Shown here in pieces: positions 1 through 10,119 of a stretch of DNA of 64,000 nt (positions within the stretch are counted from its first letter, which is position 1; each line of letters begins with the position of its first letter). The position numbers were made by a program, and so were the translations under genes. The notes below the pieces were generated by a model. That model saw only the letters and a list, made by a program, of their open reading frames with translations, was not told the DNA's origin and did not search any database. The DNA is from Eutreptiella sp. 'Long Island Sound 2002'. Lineage: Eukaryota; Protista; Euglenida. Where the stretch lies: NCBI GenBank assembly GCA_964036045.1, contig OZ038378.1:16678001-16742000 (forward strand). Direction: 5' to 3'.

Positions 1-210
1 TGGAATACACCGTGACACGGTACAAAAACCCTTCGGCCGGTAAACAGGTCCATGCCAAATGGTGCAATGGTGCAGGCCTGGTGTATGCCACGCCTAATGG
101 CCTCGGACTTTCTGGCGTCAGAAGATCACATTGATGAAGCGACGCATTGTGTTTGAACTCGCCGCGCATTTGATCTTCGGTGTGTGCCATCCAGTGCGCG
201 GCATCCACCA

Positions 211-222
211 TCTCTTCAACAG
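211..222 (+). promoter_or_regulatory. Possible splice or spliced-leader trans-splice acceptor upstream of the start codon
   Basis: Pyrimidine tract TCTCTTCAACAG ends at 222, 16 nt before the ATG at 239. Inference only. Confidence 0.3.
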
Positions 223-238
223 AGGCCTGCTTCGTCAC

Positions 239-481
239 ATGAAAATCTTTCTTTCTGTCGTCTTGGTCTTGCTGCTTGCGAACCCCACAAGGTCTGCCTC
301 CATATTTGATGGCACCATCAAAGTGGGGGTGCCGCTTGCTGGAGGCAAGTGGGCCAATTTCTCCCAGGAGTTCATGATGGCCTTTCATATGGTGAATGCG
401 CACGTGCGGGACACCGGAGGCATCCCCATCGGAGGCAAGCGGTACGTGTTCGATTTCGTCACGTACAACTTGGGGGACGAG
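239..481 (+). CDS. Exon 1 of a signal-peptide PBP1-domain (LivJ/ANF-receptor-like) protein
   Basis: ATG at 239 opens MKIFLSVVLVLLLANPTRSA (hydrophobic signal peptide), then TIKVGVPLAGG...VFDFVTYNLGDE, resembling the PBP1 N-terminal strand-helix. Ends GAG|GTTTG donor at 482, phase 0. Confidence 0.8.
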
Positions 482-1130
482 GTTTGCCGCTCGCGCCCAG
501 CGTGGAACTCTGGTTAGTAGCAGTGGCGCCCGCGTCACACATTGGCGGCTCTGCTCCCTGGGCATAGCACGCCCACATCTGATGTGATTGGATGTGACTT
601 AATTGGGCACATGTATAGGACCCACCCATCCGGTTGTTTCTGCTATTGGTTTGGAGGAGTTATATTGGTAATCGACGTCGTTAAGCCATTTTCGTCACAT
701 TGTCATTAGCGTCCGCGCACTTAGATACGATGGCGGGGGCTTATCCAGCAGGTTGCCGCAAGCAGAGCTCTCCATGGACCCTCTCCATGGCCTGGTTTAA
801 GCAGGGGGCTTTGGGCTGCTCCTCCCGTCTGAACCCTGGGGGGGGGGGGATTATGGCAGATTTGGGGATCATATCGCCTCTGTGAAGGATGTAGTGAGAA
901 TTCTGGCTGGGGATTTGTTTGGCCACTCCTCCAGTGGTAGGGTACAAAAAAAAAACCCAGATCAGGACAAAAATCCCCCAGGGGTGTTATCGTTGATGGG
1001 CGGGGGCTGGAAGAGATGGGTTTCAAGCCCTCTTGGCATACTGCGTTCAACTGCGCTCTCCAAGCGCCTCCACCCGGTGCCGCATGATACAGCGGTGCCA
1101 CAGTGCTGCTGTGTCGCTGCCCTTGTTCAG

Positions 1131-1495
1131 GTGAGTGATATGAAACAGGAGGCCCCCAAGGCCATGCAGTACTTCATCAACCAGAGCATCGACTACTACA
1201 TGGGCCCGTACTCCACCGACCTGACCGGCATCGCCGCCTCATTCCTGCGGCAGGGCAACAAGACCCGCCTCATGTTCGCCAACGCCGGGTCCACGTATTG
1301 GTTGTACCAGTGCGTGCAGGACCCGCTGCCGGCCGACTGCCAGAAGGCCGGCGACCGCCGCAACCCCGGCCTCTACGGCACAATGACCGCCAGCAATGAA
1401 CAGTGGTATGCGGTCGTCGACCACGCGTTCGTTCAAAAGCCAAGAGCATAGCGGTCATCACTCAGAAGGACGTGGCGTTCGCAGTGGCCTGTCAG
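1131..1495 (+). CDS. Exon 2 of the PBP1-domain protein, with a 1-nt frameshift near 1438
   Basis: Acceptor CCTTGTTCAG|GTG. Encodes IDYYMGPYSTDLTGIAASFL (PBP1 'vd.llGPysS' motif). The frame switches at CAAAAGCCAAG to AKSIAVITQKDVAFAVACQ, then donor CAG|GTATC at 1496. The exon is 365 nt; 366 nt are needed to meet phase-0 exon 3. Confidence 0.8.
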
Positions 1496-2024
1496 GTATC
1501 AGGCCGTACTGCACGCACCCTAAGCCACCTCAGTTATGGGGGCTCTGCTGACCCCCCGCCCCTCATTGGAATATTGCGCACTACCGAAGTGTAACGCTTG
1601 GTGATCCGGAATCGCACCAAACCATCCGCACCAGAACGAAGTGGTCAAGCGTACTTCCTTTGTACACAAAACTTACCTTCGTGCCGAGAGGACGGATCGG
1701 CTGTCCATGCTTTGCCTTTATGGCTCACCCCGCCTTATGGTATTGACCGGATTATTTCCCCACCTTTATGGGGTGCCCCCCCCCCCCCCCCCCACGGCCA
1801 GCGGAAGCACACCTTTGGCTTCCACGCCATGGTTGTAACGACGCGCAGCCCTGCGCGCGTTTCCGAGGTTCCGCAGGTTCGGCCCCTCCCGCACAGATGG
1901 AGCAGCCCTGCCCAACGACCAGAATGCCGAGCCATCCTCCGCTGCTGTCCACATGGTATTGGCTTCGGGGGGGGGGGGGGGGGGCAGGGGGCAAGTGGGA
2001 AGGGGCGGAGGGGGGCGGGGGGCA

Positions 2025-2225
2025 GGTGCCCCGTGGACTCCTAAGGCTGCATGCTTCCATGGCGTCCGCCATTCGGGCTCGGAGTGGACCCCTGGGGCTT
2101 GCACGTCCCTGGGGACTCTGCCATTAAGGCATGGACCCCTGGGGCTCCCATGCCCCTGGGGAGTCCGCCATTAAGGCGAGGTGTGGCCCCCTGGAGTTTC
2201 CATGCTCCCGAGGAGTCCACCACCA
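2025..2225. repeat. Degenerate short tandem repeat in intron 2
   Basis: Recurring CCCCTGGGG and (T/C)GCCATTAAGGC motifs. Confidence 0.5.
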
Positions 2226-3528
2226 GGTCTGAGTGCCGACCTGGGTGTTGTAGTACTAAGGGTGGGGTCATGGGCCAGCGGTGCACTGGTGAGGTTGTAG
2301 AAGCAGCGCTGCACTGCAGCAGCATCGGGCTGCTGCAGGGTGCTGAAGGCCACAGTAGCTGCTCAGGGCTGTGCAATTGGCAGCAGCAGGGAGCTGCTTG
2401 CTACGGTAGCTATAGGGGGCAGTGCACCGGTTCAGCAGTAGGGAGCTGTACACTGAGGAAGCAGTGGGGAGCGCACTGGGGCTGCAGAAGAGGGCTGTGG
2501 ACTGGCGCAGCAGCAAGGGCTGCGGGGGGGTTCAGTAGAGCCCCCCAATACTGGTCCGAGGCGGGGGTGCGGGGGTGCGGGGGTTGTAAAAATTGCGAGA
2601 GGTGGGGAAGAAGAATCCGCGACCCTGGTGAGGGAGAGTAGGACAGTTGTCCCACATGTGCTGCTACTGCCCCCGTGGCGTCCACCCGTTGCTGTGCATG
2701 GCAGACTTCACACAAAGTCCTTCCCAAGACTGTGAAGCATGCGAATTCGCGTGGAGGGTGCTCTCCCCTGCTGATGTGGGAAATGTAGCACACGGCCAGG
2801 GGGTTCCGGACCGAGGTGTTCCTCCACAAAACACGAGTAAGTGCGGTGCACTGGAAGTGTTGACTGGATTGGTGTGCAAACTGGGACTCGTTGCACCGCC
2901 AACAGTACCACCTGCAGAACACCAATGGCAAAAGGCCTGGAAGTGCTGCGCACCACTGATGTGTAACATGAAGTGGCAACGCCCGGTGCGGCGTGGCAAA
3001 ACGGTGCAGTAGGGACCAGGGGGAAGACCGAGCTCAGCCTGGCAAGATGACGAATGTCCATCACGGGACACCGCAGTGTAGGGGAGGGGGAGGAGCAGGG
3101 GTGTCGCCGTGGTGTAGAGGCGAGAGGAGGGATGTCCATCAGACGCTGAGGTGCAGATGATTCGAAGATGAGACACAATGTCGTGCTGGAGAGGAGGGGA
3201 AGAGAGCCCTTTGTCGGACTCCCGCCCCCCCTCCTCAGAACGTAGCACAAGTGCCAGACGGACATAGCCCAAGGGCTGGTCTGGGTCCATCAACGTTTGG
3301 GAGGTTGTGGGCGTACGCATTCCACTTCAGGACCGACGTAGCCCCTCCCCCACGCGATGCCTCCATGCACCCGCCAAAATGGGACCCCGACGGTGTTGCT
3401 CAGACAACCCGGCGGGGGCTTGAATAGCCCTTGGCTCCTTCTGGCCTTTCAATGTTTTCGGGGGCCTGCGATGGAGGGTCAAGTGGTCCAATGTGCCTCG
3501 CGCTTCAAAATGTATACCACCCTGTCAG

Positions 3529-3959
3529 GATGCGGTGGTTGCCCGTGCGCAGCAGCTGAACCTGCGCATCGCAGCGCTGCCGAACACCACCTCAGACTCT
3601 CCCCCTGACGACGGTCTGGAGAGCGGCTATGCAGAGATCAAACGAGGGAACCCCGACTTCGTAATGGCGTGCATTTACTCCGCGAAGTGCCCGCGTCTGA
3701 TCAGTCTGTCCCGGACCGAATACCTGCCGGCGGGCATGTCCGTGTCAACGTGCATCGGGACCGCCGCCACCAACGCCAACCCTGACGCCTCGTACCTCGG
3801 GGCTAGGCAGATGTGGCACGAGGCAGCCCGCGGGCCGGACTACAGCCCCAAGTGGGCGGCTGCTGAGTGCCTCAACGCTCCGGGCAACCCATGCCCCATG
3901 TTCCCACAGACTGCTTTCCGGAAGTCCCCGGCGCCGGCGCAGTTCCTGGAGCAGTTCAG
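3529..3959 (+). CDS. Exon 3 of the PBP1-domain protein
   Basis: Acceptor CCTGTCAG|GAT. Encodes DAVVARAQQLNLRI...EIKRGNPDFVMACIY...AQFLEQF with GC3-rich codons. Donor CAG|GTGCG at 3960, phase 2. Confidence 0.8.
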
Positions 3960-3967
3960 GTGCGCGC

Positions 3968-4007
<40 letters not shown>

Positions 4008-4153
4008 ACGCCTACCCTTCTGGTGCTCCCAAGCACTGCTGCCTACAGAAAGGCGCCTGGCCGCCCACGCTCATGGCTTCTCTTTGACTGCCGAACGGCC
4101 TGATGAGAATTGAGCACTCACCGCCTTCGTAAGTGCCTGTTTGTCGCGGCATA

Positions 4154-4246
4154 CGTGTGTGTGTGTGTGTGTGTGTGCGTGTGCGTGTGCGTGCGCGTGC
4201 GCGTGCGCGTGCGCGTGCGCGTGCGGTGTGCGGTGTGCGGTGTGCG

Positions 4247-4340
<94 letters not shown>

Positions 4341-4480
4341 GCGCGTGCGTGTGTGTGTGTGTGTGTGTGTGCGGCGTGCGGCGTGCGGTGTGCGGCGTGC
4401 GTGCGTGCGTGCGTGTGTGCATGTGTGCGTGTGTGTGTGTGTGTGTGCGTGCGGCGTGCGGCGTGCGGTGTGCGCTGTGC

Positions 4481-4544
<64 letters not shown>

Positions 4545-4545
4545 T

Positions 4546-4616
<71 letters not shown>
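4154..4616. repeat. Compound (TG)n/(GC)n microsatellite; a shorter (TG)n lies at 3971-4006
   Basis: Directly visible. Explains the HTHT/CVCV ORFs. Confidence 0.97.
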
Positions 4617-4617
<1 letters not shown>

Positions 4618-4621
4618 CAAT

Positions 4622-5566
4622 ATGTATGGTCACACAATGCTTCAGTGCATGCGCAGAGCGCCGGTCTTAGCAATCGAAAACCACACCGCCATCGGTGAGC
4701 TGAAAACAGAAATGGGAGCCCTCAAGAAAGCAATCTCCGAAGTGCAGGATGCGCAGAAAGACTTACCGGAAATCAGGCGCAGACTGGAAGGTATCAAGAC
4801 CTGGCAACACTCTGCTGACACGCGCATCACTCAAGCTGCGTCGATGGCGAGGGACGCACAGTCCACGGCCGCGGCAGCCACACCGAGTTCCCGATTCGAA
4901 GCGTACCTCCGGGACGAGTTCCAGCCAGCCTTACAGAGAATTCTAGATGTCGAAAACACCGCTGCAGCGGCCATGCCCGTGGCCACGTTTAACGATTGGT
5001 TGGAGAGATTCAAAGCACAACAGGATCCGTGGAATCCCATTTCTGTCACAGGCCCGTCTGCGGCACCACATGGCACATCTGCACAACCCCCGGCGACCCC
5101 GTCTCCGAAGAAACAATCCTCTTCCCTCCTACCATCCCAGGGACAGCAAACGACGGCCCCAGCCAGTCCCACGCCCGCCACGGGGGAAGTGTCCATGCAC
5201 ACCAGCTCCGGCTTTAAACGCCCGCTGGGGGACAGTGATGATGACAGTCAAAACCACCGCAGAACCAGAGCCCGATCCGGAACCCCCTCCCAAAGCAGCG
5301 CACCGAGCTGGGTCACCCTCCCTCCCCTGCCGGCTGATGTGTGGAAAAACGAGGTCCTGGAACTGCTTTTCTTTGAGTGGAATAAGGAGAAAGATCAGTG
5401 CCTCATCACCTGGCTGGAACGCCACAGCACCGAAGAAATGACCACGTCAATAATGGCGGTAGAGGGAGAGGCACTCAACAGCGACAAAAAGGCGGCCATC
5501 ACTACGGTGCTCAGGGCGACAAAGGCAAACCCACAGATTTTTAGCGACATCTCGAGTGCTGCTTAG
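4622..5566 (+). CDS. ORF1 of the Penelope-like element: coiled-coil plus Ser/Pro-rich linker, 314 aa
   Basis: ATG at 4622 follows the microsatellite. Heptad-like GELKTEMGALKKAISEVQDAQKDLPEIRRRLEGI. Ends at TAG 5564-5566, in frame with ORF2. Confidence 0.65.
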   Translation: MYGHTMLQCMRRAPVLAIENHTAIGELKTEMGALKKAISEVQDAQKDLPEIRRRLEGIKTWQHSADTRITQAASMARDAQSTAAAATPSSRFEAYLRDEFQPALQRILDVENTAAAAMPVATFNDWLERFKAQQDPWNPISVTGPSAAPHGTSAQPPATPSPKKQSSSLLPSQGQQTTAPASPTPATGEVSMHTSSGFKRPLGDSDDDSQNHRRTRARSGTPSQSSAPSWVTLPPLPADVWKNEVLELLFFEWNKEKDQCLITWLERHSTEEMTTSIMAVEGEALNSDKKAAITTVLRATKANPQIFSDISSAA

Positions 5567-8500
5567 TGTGGTCAGGCGCTGTGTCCAGGCCCCAAGAGTA
5601 CAGAGGGACAACAGTTCATAGGGCACCTGTCTGACAGTGATTCGGTTTCTTCGTCTGCTGACTCACAGGGCACAGGTGGTGATGCGGCGCCGACGGGCCC
5701 ATTGTCCTTCCTCCGGACACTGCTCTCTTTTAACTATATACAGCAAAAAGTGGGCCTGGCTAATGTGATTTTGGCCGCCACTGTCCGCTTTGCGAGCCTG
5801 CTGACACAAGGCCATTACCATCTCCTCCACTATAGACACGCCACAGACCGGCACACCAACATACAGCACAGGCACCACCTGTTTGATCTTCTGCACAACC
5901 AAGCGGCTGAGGGGGTACTGACCTTCCACAGAGGCACCGAGCAACTTTTGAATATGCCCGCGGCACGGAAACCCCCAGTGCATAACAGTGAATCAGTTAT
6001 TCCGATGCCCCCGTTGCATATCCAAAGACGGCTCACACACTCCGTGGATGGGGTCTCTGTGTGGCACCACCCCGCATGCCGTGCCACAGTGCAACACCAT
6101 CACGCAGACGCCAGGCCCCCCCCTGAACCCCCGCCGGACCCCCACCCAGTTGCCCGAGGAAAACATCACATAGCGCACTGGGGAGATTTGGGAACCAACC
6201 TGTTCGCGCTATTCCGCACCACAGACAAGCTATGGGTGTGGTGCCCTCCAGGGGACCGTATTCGAGACTTGGATGATCTGCGCTGTTTTGGCAGCATCCA
6301 GGGATTCGAACTTCGGTGCACGGCTTCGGCTTTCCTGTCCCTTTCCCCCGCTCAACACCTGCGCCTCTCCTTGCTATTTGACGAATACGGTAAGTGTCAC
6401 ATGCGGTATGTCCATCCACCCCATAGCACACACATCTTCTGGGGCCTACAGTTCCAGATGAAGTCCGCCCTCCAAGGCGTGAACCTGGGCAGGTGGGCAG
6501 ATCTGATGCAAGCAAGCATTCCATACTGGCCCTACACCTCCCTCCCCGCCCTACGTGTACTCCGCCGAAAGTCACACGTAGGTGAGTGGTACGTGCATGT
6601 TCCTTCCCCGGCCTTTCTTGTGTATGTCTGCGTGAACTTAAGAACGGGTGCGGTGTACATTGGACAAACGTCCCAGGCCCCGGTCCAACGGTTACGGAAA
6701 CATTACTGTGATGCACGGGCAGGCACAGACAGCGCCTCCTTCCATGCACAGCTGTTGCTCACAGACATCAGCAACTGGGTCACCGTCCCGGTCCAGTACT
6801 GCGACACACTGTTCCAAGCGGGTTAGCGGAACGCCAGTGGTGGGCAGACCTACACAAGTGGGCCCTGAATGACATACCACCGGGGATCAGCGAAACAGAC
6901 ACACCCAACAAGCAACGCGCCTACATCAACAGTAAAATGTTACACACACTACAGGAACTGCGTCAGGCACGCGCTCTGAGGGACGCGCAGAGAGTGAAAG
7001 CGCTACAAGCAGTACTCCGGGACACCGCAGAACAAATAGGGCTTCCGTTCCACGTTTCCGGGACCGTTGTAGTACCAAATCTGAGCACGACACAGAAAAC
7101 GGTGATCACGAATATTCTACGAAACGTCTTACGCGACAGCGCCCTGAAAGCTTATGAGCGCCAGGCCCTAAGGCACACGGTGCGTATTGTCCGCTCCAAC
7201 CCCCACACCGTACGGTCGGTCTTCCAGTCCAAAGCAATGGCACAGTCCAGAATGATGAAAAAGCCCCCCTGCCGCTGTGCGGAGTTTGCGAGTCAGGCAG
7301 AGCAATACGGGGTTGTACTTGATGTTGACGGGCACGTGGCGCTGGTACCGGTTGCAATGAATGTGGGGGGCCACGGTGGGCTGAGGCCGAATGACCCCAT
7401 CCCCATCGCAGGAAGCGAGGCACGAAAAAAGGCGATCTCAGGAATCACTACCTTCTGCACACACCTGAATGTACTTGTGCCTCCGCTGGACACCCTGTTA
7501 CCCCCCTCGCTGTTTCCGGAATTGGGAACACTCCTGCGCCAGTTGCGGCGCCTATCAAAATTCCTGGCATCCTACCAGTACACCAGAATTGTGGATAAAG
7601 GGTCGGGGGAACTGTGGGGTTTCTGCTCAGCTTGGGTCTGGGAAAAGGTTACTGAGTTTATGATCAACGAAAAGTTCGAGGACACAGGGTGGACCCAGGA
7701 CCAGTGGACGCGCGCCATTGGAGACGCGGTGTCTGATATGCAATTAGAGCGGAACAAACACGGTAAGCTGTGCGTCCTCTATGTCCTGGCGAAGGCGAAG
7801 TCACGACGCACGGGAAAATGGGTTTTCAGGGGCATCTCCGCCTCCCCAGCCCCCGTCCTCCAACAGCGCCAGTTGCGGAAGGGTGCTCGTGCTTTCACCT
7901 GTATGCTCCGCATGTGGCAAGCAGAAATCAGGCACAACTTCCAACACACAGACACCCAGTCAGTGTCCGGCTGGCTGCACTTCGTGGCACAAAAGGGGGC
8001 ACGCGCAATCACGGAAGTGGACTGCAAAAAGCAGTTTGACAACATACACCCGAGGGATGTAACACGAGCTTTTGAGAAAGCGACAAAGTGGCTGACAAAG
8101 AAACGGCGCTGGAGGCAGCAGCAGCTGCACTGGTGGATCCACAGGGACACACCAAAATTGGACAGATCAGGCGTGGCGACCAGTGAAAAATTTTGGGTAC
8201 TGACACACAACCATCTGTCTGCCATGCTGAACTTTGAGCTGTTGCACAACAACGTCCTGCAAGCGGTGGGTCAGTTGTGGAGTAGGAAGGTCAGCATCCC
8301 GATGGGAGGACCATTTTCGGCACAAAGTGCAGACTTGCACACGTTGTGGGGGGTGAAGAAGAATGGTAAGAGGATGAAGGACTGGGGGAACATGAACCTG
8401 TCTGAGGACGGCTACATTTTCTGGACCAGGGGCACGATGTGGTTCAGTCTGGCACAGTTCAGAGACAATGTCCTACTGGCGACCAACCTATCCCCCGGCA

Positions 8501-9165
8501 CGCGTACCACACTTGTACAGGAGGTCTGTGACCTGCTGGCGAGCATCTGGAACCTCGAAGTGCTGTGCGACTGCGTGGACGGAGGGGCTCAGTCATGTGA
8601 GGGAGACTGCCTGAGCCAGAGCCGGCGCGCACTGGGGGTTCACATGACGGTGGGAGGGGGCCACTGTTGCGCAGTCACGCACCCCTCTGCACTCACAGAC
8701 ACCTGGGGACTGCGGTACGGGGCACCCCTCATCAGTCCAACACGCGCGCGCAGGGAGTATTTGCCGTGTATACTTATCAGCAGCCTCACCGGTACCCTCC
8801 CCTGGCAACAAACATGGGCTGCCCAAATTCTGTCGGCACTGGCCTGGGCCCAGTTAGCAATGCTCTCCGGCTACAAGCGCATGACGGTGATGCGAGCGCT
8901 GCACAAAGCAGTGCGCCGTGTGTATGCCGCCTCCCCGTGGTGGTCGGAAAACACTATGCGCGCCGTGTACAGCGTTGGTCACGACCTCCCATGCTCCCGT
9001 GCGACTGCCACAGCCAAACTGGTGCACTGGCTCACAAACAAAGCCGTCTGGGAAGGGGACAGATACACAGATAGGGAAATCCCAGAGGATCTCCAACCAG
9101 AAGGATACACGCCAGCCTGGTGCATGGACATCGCGCTCCTGCGAAAAATGGCCACGGTGCAATAA
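5567..9165 (+). CDS. ORF2: GIY-YIG endonuclease plus reverse transcriptase, one 1-nt frameshift near 6823
   Basis: Frame is open 5567-6823. Adding one T at GCGGGTTAGCGG gives FQAGLAERQWWADLHKWALND (GIY-YIG C-terminal E..W...L...LN), continuing into the 742-aa RT ORF 6937..9165. Confidence 0.8.
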
Positions 9166-9368
9166 ACCCGATGCTGTACGCCCTGCCCCGGATTGCCTCA
9201 CCACCACGACCCCAAACCCCTGTCTGCGAGGCCCCTGGATGTCCAGTCTGTCGGGTAAACACCTCGGTACAGTCACACATTTCCCTGATAACACGCAGAG
9301 AGGTGGGGGAGCACAACATGCCTGTCCAAATTTTTCTGAATACCATTTTTGCACCCAAACTGGTAAGA

Positions 9369-9440
9369 GGCATGGACGGTCTAGTGGTATGCGCCATGGC
9401 TGGCGCTCGTCGTGGTCGGGGGTTCGAACCCCGGTTCGTC
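9369..9440 (+). other. tRNA-like module with A box and B box, not a canonical tRNA
   Basis: GGTCTAGTGGTATG (A-box-like), GCGCC/GGCGC hairpin, GGGGGTTCGAACCCC (B box/T-arm). The cloverleaf is imperfect and is followed by (GTCC)n. Confidence 0.5.
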
Positions 9441-9471
9441 CGTCCGTCCGTCCAGGGGCCCGTCGGTGAGG

Positions 9472-10119
<648 letters not shown>

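Larger units (their letters stand above)
4617..9470 (+). mobile_element. Penelope-like retroelement with N-terminal GIY-YIG (Naiad/Chlamys-type domain order), near intact
   Basis: GIY-YIG motif LVYVCVNLRTGAVYIGQT...RLRKH upstream of RT motifs CRC...DGHV, IVDKG, EVDCKKQFDNI, IPMGGPFSAQSA, AQFRDNV. Confidence 0.8.

Noticed and set aside
131-238. Upstream ATG extension of exon 1
   Set aside because: The signal peptide begins at ATG 239. The upstream 36 codons look non-coding and contain a candidate acceptor.
4085-4135. Hammerhead ribozyme at CTGATGAG (also the minus strand near 8735, and 29258)
   Set aside because: No downstream GAAA with matching stems.
3961-4698. Long HTHT/CVCV ORFs, also at 9548-9849, 18569-19281, 35623-36185 and 47830-48305
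   Set aside because: Translations of microsatellites and the decamer array, with no coding signature.
9369-9440. Functional tRNA gene
   Set aside because: Acceptor and anticodon arms do not form a canonical cloverleaf (6-nt loop, mismatched T-stem).
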